Positions 54,944 to 64,000 of a DNA stretch of 64,000 bases are shown here, piece by piece. Made by a program: the position numbers and the translations under genes. The DNA comes from an uncultured delta proteobacterium (GTDB lineage Bacteria; Desulfobacterota; Desulfobacteria; Desulfobacterales; Desulfatirhabdiaceae). The stretch is from assembly GCA_963789395.1 (NCBI GenBank), contig CAWBKP010000005.1, positions 32,001 to 96,000 of the forward strand, read 5' to 3'. The notes under the pieces were generated by a model that was given only the letters and a program-made list of their open reading frames with translations, was not told the origin of the DNA and did not search any database. Within the stretch, counting starts at the first letter, position 1, and every line of letters begins with the position of its first letter.

Positions 54944-55800
54944 GTGAAACGCATCGGACTGGTCGTAAAAAACGATCATCTGGCCATTCAGAAGGCCGAC
55001 GAACTTGAAATCTGGCTGAAATCCAGGGATATCGATGTTTTCAGAAAAGAGAATGTTTTTCCCAAAGCACGCTGTTTCCGGCTCCCGATCATTCTCATGC
55101 CCCGAATGACCTGTTCTGTGTTCTGGTCCTGGGAGGTGACGGGACTTTCTTAAGCGCTGTCCGGTGGATAGGCGATGCCCCCATACCCATTTTAGGGGTA
55201 AAATTCGGCGAAGTCGGATTTCTGGCCGAAATCTCCGAAGACAATCTGTTTGAGGCGGTCAACGCAATTATTCATCAGGATTTTACAACCAGCCCCCGGA
55301 TGCGTCTTCGGGCCGATATCCTTCGAGAGGATCAACTCATTGCCTCTGAAACCGTTCTCAATGATATCGTCATCAACAAAGGCGCGCTGGCGCGCCTTGC
55401 CAGCATCAAAACCCTTCTGGACAACCATTATTTAACCACATACCGGGCGGATGGCCTCATTGTGGCCACCCCCACGGGCTCAACCGCATACTCCCTTGCG
55501 GCCGGCGGGCCTATCGTTCACCCCACGGTTCCCGGCATCATTCTGACACCCATCTGCCCGTTTACCCTGACCATCCGACCCCTGATAATTCCGGATTCGG
55601 TTGTCATTACCATTGTCCTTGAAAAAGAGGCTTCGGATGTTCTGGTCACATTTGACGGCCAGTCCGGCATTGAACTCCACAACAACGACACGATCAGGAT
55701 CCAGAAAAGCCCTTATCCGGTGCAGATGATCAAGCTCCCTGGTCAGCGTTATTTTGACCTGGTAAAAGCCAAGCTGAGATGGAGCGGCGGTCGCGTTTAG
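54944..55800 (+). CDS. nadK: NAD+ kinase; frameshifted
   Basis: VLGGDGT (manual), [28 protein letters not shown]. Confidence 0.93.
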
Positions 55801-55804
55801 GATA

Positions 55805-55833
55805 TTGACTTCCCGCCATCCTTTGATTATAAA
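55805..55833 (+). promoter_or_regulatory. sigma70 promoter
   Basis: TTGACT-17bp-TATAAA. Confidence 0.6.
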
Positions 55834-55882
55834 TGACACAGATTCAATGGTCAAAACGTAACCTGATAAAATAGCAAACGAC

Positions 55883-56294
55883 ATGTTCAATCACTCAAAA
55901 CCTTCTGTCTCAGTAAATAAAAATCATCTTGCAGACATGGCGAATCTGATCTGCTCGATGATCTGTGTTTTTCTCTTTTCTGCCTGCGGTGCTATGAGTG
56001 CGTATCACCATGCAGCTCTTGATACCCCTTCCCGGCATGTGGACAACGGGATGAAATTTTTACAAATCAATAAAATTGATGCGGCTGTTCTCGGAATTTT
56101 CTCGCGCTACCGAACTGGATCCGGAATATGCGCCGGCTTACACGGGGCTGGGACTGGCTTATGGCAGAATGGGAGATTTTGTTAAAGGCTATGAATTCAT
56201 TGAATTGGCTGCTAAAAAAGCACGGGGATATGAACAGGAATCCGCTGTAAAAGATGCGCGGATACAACTGGACACCCTGAAAAAAAACCTCTGA
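55883..56294 (+). CDS. small TPR-containing lipoprotein; frameshifted
   Basis: lipobox-like FSAC; FSRATELDPEYAPAYTGLGLAYG TPR motif. Confidence 0.7.
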
Positions 56295-56561
56295 CATTTC
56301 ATCTGTCTCCCGGGCAGTTATCTGGAGAAGTGGCATTCCGCATCTGCCCTGCCGTTCAACCCGCTCCAAGTGAGCATTTTTTGTTCAAATCGTTCACCGC
56401 GTAAAAGACCGGATCCGGACTAGCTCAATTCTGGTAATTACCCTTCAATTAACCGTTTCAAGCAATGTTTCCATTTTTCCTTGACTTGAAACGCCGTGTA
56501 ACTTAAATGATATACATTAATCAATAACCCCCCTGTTATTAACTTTATGGTGGAAATATCT

Positions 56562-57596
56562 ATGAGCTGGGACTGGGAAAAATTAAAAGAACAGCAGCAA
56601 AGCAAAAGCGGCCCCAATATGCCGCAATTGAATGAACTTGCCGACAAACTGAAAAATATCAAACTCCCTGGCGGTCCGATTGTGATTGTTCTGGCCGTAA
56701 TCCTGTTTCTGGGAGTTTCCATGTTTTACACCGTGGATGTCGATGAGGTGGGCGTGGTGCAGCGTTTTGGCAAATATGTGCGAACGACCCAGCCCGGCCT
56801 GAACTTCAAGCTGCCCACTGGAATTGAAAAAGTAACCAAGGTTAAAGTCCGCCGCATTTATAAAGAGGAATTCGGGTTCAGCACCAATCGTGAAGGAGAC
56901 CAGCGAAAGTTTTCTGCAAACACCGAGGATACCGGCGTTACGTTGATGCTTACCGGTGATTTGAACGTGGCGCTGGTTCCCTGGATTGTACAATACCGCA
57001 TTAAAGACCCCTATAATTTTTTGTTCAAGGTCAAGGATATCCGCCGGCTGCTGACGGATATGTCGGAAGCCGCCATGCGGCTGGTTGTCGGGGACCGCAG
57101 TGTTAACGAGGTGATCAGCAAGCGGGAAGAAATCGCGGTCGAAGCAAAAAACATTCTTCAAAACGAACTGGATAATGCCGAATCCGGCATTCAGATCGTC
57201 ACCATCGAAATGAAAAAAACCAATGTTCCGGACCCGGTTCAGCCTTCGTTTAACGAAGTCAACCAGGCGGTTCAGGAAAAAGAAAAAATGATCTATCAGG
57301 CCAAGGAAGACTACAACAAGGCCATACCGAATGCGCGCGGGGAGGCGGACCGGACCATCAAGGCCGCCGAGGGATTTGCCCTGGATCGCGTCAACCGCGC
57401 AAAAGGGGATGCCTCAAGATTTATCGCTCTTTATACTGAATACGATAAAGCCAGGGATGTCACCAAACGCCGGCTTTATTTGGAAATGATGAGCAGTATC
57501 TTCCCAAAAATCGGCGAAAAATATATCGTGGACTCGGATCAAAGCAATCTTCTTCCTTTTCTTAACCTCGGAAAAAACAGAGGGGCCTCAAAATGA
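56562..57596 (+). CDS. hflK: FtsH modulator HflK
   Basis: GVVQRFGK, MLTGDLN, SPFH domain, IPNARGEA. Confidence 0.93.
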   Translation: MSWDWEKLKEQQQSKSGPNMPQLNELADKLKNIKLPGGPIVIVLAVILFLGVSMFYTVDVDEVGVVQRFGKYVRTTQPGLNFKLPTGIEKVTKVKVRRIYKEEFGFSTNREGDQRKFSANTEDTGVTLMLTGDLNVALVPWIVQYRIKDPYNFLFKVKDIRRLLTDMSEAAMRLVVGDRSVNEVISKREEIAVEAKNILQNELDNAESGIQIVTIEMKKTNVPDPVQPSFNEVNQAVQEKEKMIYQAKEDYNKAIPNARGEADRTIKAAEGFALDRVNRAKGDASRFIALYTEYDKARDVTKRRLYLEMMSSIFPKIGEKYIVDSDQSNLLPFLNLGKNRGASK

Positions 57597-58525
57597 ATTC
57601 CAAAGTTTTATTGGTCATTGTTGCCTGCATCGCCATTATGATGGCTTATACATCGGCCTACATCGTGAATGAAACCGAGCAGGTCGTGGTCACCCAGTTT
57701 GGCCGCGTGGTTGGCACCCCCAAGCTGGCTCCCGGGCTATATTTCAAGGTCCCGTTTATCCAGGAAGCAACGTATTTTCCCAAAAACCTTCTCATGTGGG
57801 AAGGCGATCCCGGTCAGATTCCCACACTGGATAAAACCTATATCTGGGTGGATGTTTTTGCCCGCTGGAAAATCGTGGACCCGATCAAATTCTTTCAGAC
57901 CGTCAACAATACGGTCAGCGCCCAGAGCCGGCTGGACGACATCATTGATCCGGCAACCCGCAACTTTATTACATCCTACAGGCTGATTGAAGCGGTCAGA
58001 CGGAGCAACCGGGAACTGGATACATTTGAAATCGGCCTGGAAGATATTCAAAAAGAACCGGCGGAGAAGATTACTGCAGGAAGGGATAAAATTACCCAGG
58101 GAATTCTGGAACAGGCCCAGCCCAAATTGACTCCTTTCGGCATCGAGTTGGTGGATGTCAAAATCAAACGCATCAACTACGTGGAACAGGTCCGGGAGTC
58201 CGTTTATGGCCGGATGATTGCGGAACGAAAGCAGATAGCGGAGAAGTTTCGGTCTGAAGGAAAGGGAGAGGCCGCCAGAATCATGGGTGAAAAGGAAAGG
58301 GATTTAAAACGGATCACTTCCGAAGCCTACCGGACCGCTCAGGAGATCAAAGGCAAGGCCGATGCCGAAGCTACAAGACTTTATGCCCAGGCATACGGCG
58401 TTGATCCGGAATTCTATTCGTTTACCAAATCCCTTGAGGTTTACAATGAAACGCTGGGTGAGAATAGTTCGGTTGTGCTTTCAACCAGTGCTGAATTCCT
58501 GAAATATCTGAAAGGATACAAATAA
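57593..58525 (+). CDS. hflC: FtsH modulator HflC
   Basis: PGLYFKVPFIQ, RMIAERK, DPEFYSF; ATGA overlap with hflK. Confidence 0.93.
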   Translation: MNSKVLLVIVACIAIMMAYTSAYIVNETEQVVVTQFGRVVGTPKLAPGLYFKVPFIQEATYFPKNLLMWEGDPGQIPTLDKTYIWVDVFARWKIVDPIKFFQTVNNTVSAQSRLDDIIDPATRNFITSYRLIEAVRRSNRELDTFEIGLEDIQKEPAEKITAGRDKITQGILEQAQPKLTPFGIELVDVKIKRINYVEQVRESVYGRMIAERKQIAEKFRSEGKGEAARIMGEKERDLKRITSEAYRTAQEIKGKADAEATRLYAQAYGVDPEFYSFTKSLEVYNETLGENSSVVLSTSAEFLKYLKGYK

Positions 58526-58586
58526 AGCAGGTTACAGCAGCACCTGAATGCCCAAGTTAACGGATTGACCAGCATTGTCAAGCTGG

Positions 58587-58646
58587 AAAAAGAAAAGCAC
58601 TGACGCAACGACGGAAAAGCCGTTAAGCGAAAGTGCTTTTTCTTTG
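58587..58646. terminator. bidirectional terminator between hflC and the bS22-like gene
   Basis: AAAGAAAAGCACT...AGTGCTTTTTCTTT outer stem with inner CGC/AACG pairing. Confidence 0.65.
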
Positions 58647-58668
58647 TACAGAAAAGATTCCAGGCATC

Positions 58669-58767
58669 TTATTTACCTTTCCTTCTCTGGTGGCGTGTAC
58701 GGGCCAAAAGCTTTTTATGTTTATGCTTTCTCATTTTTTTTCTTCTTTTTTTAATGACACTTCCCAA
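58669..58767 (-). CDS. 30S ribosomal protein bS22-like (AURKAIP1/COX24 domain), 32 aa
   Basis: manual translation MGSVIKKRRKKMRKHKHKKLLARTRHQRRKGK*; TTG start with GGAGGTGAT RBS. Confidence 0.9.
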   Translation of the reverse strand: MGSVIKKRRKKMRKHKHKKLLARTRHQRRKGK

Positions 58768-59061
58768 CCGATCACCTCCCTTCATGAATCTTCAATTGTC
58801 CTATTTCTCACAACTCCAACAAAATTTCAACCCTTTTATCTGATACCAGATGAATCTTTAATGAACGCAGCCGTCAGGATTCAATCCGCCGGTTCCAGAC
58901 CATCTGGAGTCCATTTACCCTTGTAATTCAGGGTAAATATATTGACACCGATAAGTGCTTATGATAGCGATTCCCCATAATGGATCATCAGCAGGATGTC
59001 CCGGCATTTTTTATTCTTCAGATTATTTTGGGTTTTATCTGATTCAAACAAAGGAGCTTCC

Positions 59062-59784
59062 ATGACACACCCCACACCCCCTTTATCCGGTGAAAATACT
59101 CCTCCTGGATGACGAAGATGTCATTCTTCTCACAGATGAAATACCTCCCGCAGAAAGCCATGACATGACTGAAATCTGCCAGCTCTGATGACCGTTCCGA
59201 GTCTCAGGAAGTGTTGAAGTTATCTGAGACGCCGAAATGAAAAGCCTGCCATTATGGATCTTACCGATGTCATTGAAGCCGTCGGATATTCAAGACGGAA
59301 CTCCCACCGGACTTTTCCGTATCAGAAGCGGATATTCTTAATTTCGATCTGGAAGAAATTCCTCCACGCGCACCGGAATGAATTTTCCGGCTTACACGGG
59401 AGATTGCCTCGATCGAAGAAACCATCACGCCGACTGATAATCTTCACCAGGCTGTTGGTGAAGCAAACAAAGTCCCTGCATCAGATGATCTTCAGCGTTC
59501 AATTGATGAGGTGGTTCACGATTCCCAGGTCCCCCTCAGGATTTTTCCGGCTTTTCTCCTGAAATCAGCGAACCCAGGGAATTCTCTGTACGAATAAAGA
59601 CGATTTATCTTTCCTGTCCCAGGATCGGATCGATGCTGCCATGGAACGGGTGATTCGAAGCCTTTTTGCAGAAAAAATTGAACAAATTCTGGATGAAGTC
59701 ATCACCGCGACGGTTAACCGGGAAATCGAGAATCTAAAAACCATGTCTGATGGATTATCTGACATCCGGCAAGACCGATCATAA
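59062..59784 (+). CDS. acidic, probably disordered protein with C-terminal helical domain (PopZ/RomR-C-like); multiple frameshifts
   Basis: AAGGAG RBS; fragments DDEDVILLTDE, MDLTDVIE, DILNFDLEEIPP and MERVIRSLFAEKIEQILDEVITATVNREIENLK. Confidence 0.6.
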
Positions 59785-59935
59785 AATCAAGTCTTGAACT
59801 GAAAATTATTGCTGGATATGGTTCTGAAATTGGGGATTAGGCTAAGAATCCCCTTTTCGATTTTATGGATGTCCAACCCAACCGGAGGATGTTCATGACA
59901 ATACTGGCCAATGCGCTGAGGAGTAAGTAACGCTT

Positions 59936-62596
59936 ATGGATCAACCCGATAAAGGATACGAACCCCAGAATGTCGAAAAACGCTGGTATGCTTTCTGGGA
60001 AGAACACCAACTGTTTGCTGCAAATGAAAGCGACTCTCGCCCCGGTTATTCGATTGTCATTCCCCCTCCCAATGTCACGGGCGTCCTTCACATGGGACAT
60101 GCGCTGAATGTGACGCTTCAGGACATTCTATGCCGGTATCACCGATTGAAAGGCCACAATGTTCTCTGGATGCCCGGCACGGACCATGCCGGCATTGCCA
60201 CGCAAAATGTGGTGGAAAAAAAGCTGGCAACCGAAGGACGAAGCCGCCATCAACTGGGTCGGGAGCAGTTTATTGATGCGGTATGGGAATGGCGGAAAGA
60301 ATCCGGCAGCGCCATCATCCATCAACTCAAGCGACTTGGCGCATCCTGCGACTGGAAACGGGAGCGTTTTACGATGGATGAAGGACTGTCTCTGGCTGTC
60401 AGAAAGGTGTTTGTTCAGCTTTATCACGAAGGCCTGATTTATCAGGGCGACTACATCATCAACTGGTGCCATCGCTGCCATACCGCGCTGTCTGACCTCG
60501 AAGTCGAGCATGAAGAGATTTCCGGCAATCTTTATCATATCCGTTACCCCTTCTCCAATGATTCCGGCGGCATTGTGATTGCCACCACCCGGCCGGAAAC
60601 CCTTTTCGGAGATACGGCCGTGGCGGTTCATCCGGAAGATGAACGATATCAGAATCTGCCTTCCGACACGGTCCTGCTGCCGCTGACCGACCGCCGCATT
60701 CCCATTATTCGGGACGCCTATGTGGGAATGTCCTTTGGAACCGGCGCATTGAAAGTGACGCCGGCCCATGATCCGAATGACTTTGAAATCGGAAACCGCC
60801 ACAACCTTTCCCGGCCCAAAGTCATTGACGATAACGGCCTGATGACGGACGGCGCCGGCAGGTTCGAAGGAATGGATCGATTCAAATGCCGGGAAGCCGT
60901 TGTTCAGGCGCTTCAGGACCAGGGACTGCTGGTCGGAATTGAGCCTTATCCGCACAACGTCGGCCACTGCTATCGGTGTAAAACCGTTGTCGAACCCAAT
61001 TTATCCAGACAGTGGTTTGTTACAGGCCAAACCCCTGGCTGAAAAAGCCATCGCCGCGGTTCAAAATGGCCAGACCCGAATCATCCCCGAGGTCTGGGCC
61101 GCCAATTATTACGACTGGCTGAACAATATCCGGGACTGGTGCATTTCCAGGCAGATCTGGTGGGGACACCAGATTCCGGCATGGACCTGCGAGGCCTGCG
61201 GAAAGATGACCGTATCCCTGACGCCGCCCGAGCACCTGCGATGTCTGCGGCCATTCGGCGCTGATTCAGGAAACCGACGTTCTGGATACCTGGTTCAGTT
61301 CCGCGCTGTGGCCGTTTTCCACGATGGGATGGCCGGAAAACAGCCCGTTGTTGAAAACATTTTATCCCACTTCCGTTCTGGTAACCGGTTTTGATATTCT
61401 TTTTTTCTGGGTTGCCCGAATGATGATGATGGGAATCCATTTCATGGACGATGTTCCCTTTAAGGACGTGTATGTCCATGCCCTGGTTCGGGATGAAGCC
61501 GGCAAGAAAATGAGCAAGTCCAAAGGCAACGTGATTGATCCGCTCATCGTCATGGATCAGTACGGCACGGACGCCTTTCGCTTTACCCTGGCCGCATTTG
61601 CCGCCCAGGGCAGGGACATCAAGATGTCTGAAAAGCGGGTTGAGGGATACCGCCATTTCATCAACAAGCTCTGGAATGCGTCCCGCTTTGCCTTGATGCA
61701 CGTCAACTCGGATTCAACGACCATCTGACGCCCGGAACATTATCTCTTCCCAATCAATGGATTTTATCCCGGTCCGAAAGCGTGGCCCGATCTGCCGCAG
61801 AGGCGATTGAAGCCTATCGTTTCAATGATGCGGCCGGTCTTCTCTACCATTTTGTCTGGCATGAACTCTGCGACTGGTATCTTGAAACCGTCAAGCCGGC
61901 CTTATACGGAAAAGAAGGGGAGCCGATCCTGAAGCAGACGCGGGCGGTGCTGTGGCAGGTTCTGAAAAACACCCTGATCTGTCTTCACCCGTTTATCCCT
62001 TTTGTAACGGAAGAAATCTGGCATATGCTGCCCGGAACTGAGGGCTCCATCATGAATGCAAGGCTTCCCCAGGACAGCGATCCCGGACTTTGGCCGGTTT
62101 GTGAATCCCGAAGCCGAACAGCAAATGGCCATCATTATCAGCATCATTACCGGCGTCAGAAATATTCGCGGCGAGATGAATCTTGCGCCGTCCTTAAAAC
62201 TGAATGCCCTGATTCAAACCGATCATGCTCAAATCACGGACACGATTCACCGGCATGGAGATATCATCACCCATCTGGCAAGGCTGGAAAAACTTTCGGT
62301 TGACCTGCCGGGAGAAAGGCCCAAGGCTGCGGCAACCGCCATTGTCGAGGGCGCCATCATTTATGTTCCCCTGGAAGGGATCCTGGATCTTTCCAAAGAA
62401 ATCCAGCGCCTGGAAAAGGAAATCGAAAAGCTGAACAACGAGTTGACCGGCGTTTCCAAAAAACTGAATAATGAGGATTTTCTGGGCAAAGCACCTGCGG
62501 ATATCATTGAAAAAGTCAAGGAAAAGCACGCGGCCCTGTCTGATAAACAGCTGCATCTTCAAAATCAACCTGGATAAAATCAAGGCGGTCATATGA
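59936..62596 (+). CDS. valS: valyl-tRNA synthetase; several frameshifts
   Basis: [31 protein letters not shown]-terminal coiled coil. Confidence 0.95.
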
Positions 62597-63419
62597 CACC
62601 GTTCCTTGCCCAATTAATCGACATGGCGCTTGCCGAAGATATCGGCACCGGCGACATCACCACCGATTATCTGGTTTCCTGCAACAGCCAGGGACGCGGC
62701 ATCATTGTCGCCAAAGAAGACCTGGTTCTTGCCGGACTGGATATCGCAAAAACGGTTTTCCAGCGGCTTGATCCAGAGGTTCGCGTTCAATCCGCCTATG
62801 AAGACGGGGCGGAAATCGTCTGCGGGGAAACGGTGCTGTTTTGGAAGGCAGCCTCAGGGCGCTTCTGACCGCGGAGCGGCCTGCCCTTAATTTTTTACAG
62901 CACCTGTCCGGCATTGCCACCCACGTGCGCACTTATGTAAACGCCCTTAAGCATCGCCGGGTTCGGCTGGTGGATACCCGAAAAACAACACCGGGATGGC
63001 GGGTTCTTGAAAAATATGCGGTGCGTATGGGCGGAGCGCATAACCACAGGATGGGGCTTTTTGACGGCATTCTGATCAAGGACAATCACATCGCGGCCTG
63101 CGGCGGAATTCAGCAGGCTGTCGCTGCAGCCAGAAAACAGATTTCGCATCTTATCAAGATTGAAGTTGAGGTCTCGGACCTTGCCGGCGTCCATGAGGCC
63201 CTTGAATCCGGGGTGGACATCATTATGCTTGACAATATGGACATCCCCCATATTCGGGAGGCGGTTTCCGTCATTCAGAACCGGGCCATCGTTGAAGTCT
63301 CCGGAGGCGTCACCCTGAAGCATTTAACCGATCTTGCGGAAACCGGCGTTGATTTGATTTCGGTCGGCGCGCTGACGCATTCGGCAAGAGCCGTGGATCT
63401 CAGCATGAGAATTCAATAA
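62593..63419 (+). CDS. nadC: nicotinate-nucleotide diphosphorylase (carboxylating); frameshifted
   Basis: EDIGTGDITT, DTRKTTPG, HRMGL, IKDNH, MLDN, SVGALTHS. Confidence 0.95.
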
Positions 63420-63507
63420 TCAGACAATGGGTGATAGGTCGCAAAAGCCTGTGGAAATCCATGATGGCCTCTGGATCCATCACCCATGGCCCATTTGCCC
63501 CTAACAA

Positions 63508-64000
63508 ATGATCCCTATTCGCGACACCCTTTCTTCAAAGAATTACCCGGTGGTCAACACCGCCATTATCGGGGTGAATGTACTGGTTTACCTGATCCAG
63601 ATGGCCCATGGGAGGACAGGAAGACCGATTCATATACATTTACGGCCTGGTGCCTGCCCGATATTCCTGCCCCATGTCGCTTCCTACTTCAGCTTCGAGC
63701 AGCAGCTTTTTTCCCTCGTTTCCTTTATGTTTCTCCACGGCGGTTTCTGGCATCTTCTGGGAAATATGTGGTCCCTGTATATATTTGGCGACAATATCGA
63801 AGATCGCATGGGCTCTTTCCGGTACCTGCTGTTTTATCTGCTCTGCGGATTGATATCCGGCCTGTCCCATTTGCTGCTGAATCCCGATTCCAATGTTCCC
63901 ACCATCGGCGCCAGCGGCGCCATTGCCGGTGTCATGGGCGCTTATTTTCTGCTGTTTCCCAAATCCCGAATCCTGACCCTGATTCCCATCCTGTTTATCC
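63508..64000 (+). CDS. rhomboid family intramembrane serine protease; frameshifted, runs off window
   Basis: MIPIRD, FMFLHGGFWHLLGNMW..YIFGDNIED, TIGASGAIAGVMGAY. Confidence 0.9.
   Translation, partial: MIPIRDTLSSKNYPVVNTAIIGVNVLVYLIQMAHGRTGRPIHIHLRPGACPIFLPHVASYFSFEQQLFSLVSFMFLHGGFWHLLGNMWSLYIFGDNIEDRMGSFRYLLFYLLCGLISGLSHLLLNPDSNVPTIGASGAIAGVMGAYFLLFPKSRILTLIPILFI

Noticed and set aside
59785..59935. T-box or Val-rich attenuator upstream of valS
   Set aside because: Only a short GGGGATT/AATCCCC-TTTT hairpin, probably the upstream gene's terminator; no T-box consensus, and the short ORF has no Val codons.

Overview
Chromosomal segment, most likely from a Desulfobacterales-like deltaproteobacterium (inferred from gene content). 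Most of it is housekeeping: nagZ end, sucA, kup, tpx, ihfA, a Yej/Opp-type ABC system, purN, trxA, bamD, rpmB, rel, proS, ispG, aap and liv ABC operons, ftsY, HU, ligA, nadK, hflKC, valS, nadC and a rhomboid protease. Many genes, including essential ones, carry single-base frameshifts that are best read as assembly indels. The accessory part is about 30.9-39.7 kb. It holds a fused hdrC/hdrB deletion remnant, an atypical kinase followed by a truncated USP, two PilZ-like genes, a small Cys-rich protein, a NarL-type regulator with a multi-PAS kinase, Hsp20, a stand-alone CBM48 and an internally deleted cold-shock gene. A 63-bp promoter-like element (57/63 identical) occurs twice there. Items the ORF track missed: a promoter-leader-terminator unit upstream of kup (candidate new K+ attenuator), a 32-aa bS22/AURKAIP1-like ribosomal protein gene, and a frameshifted PopZ/RomR-like scaffold gene before valS. 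I saw no rRNA, tRNA, CRISPR array, integrase or transposase. All calls come from reading the sequence; no database searches were run.
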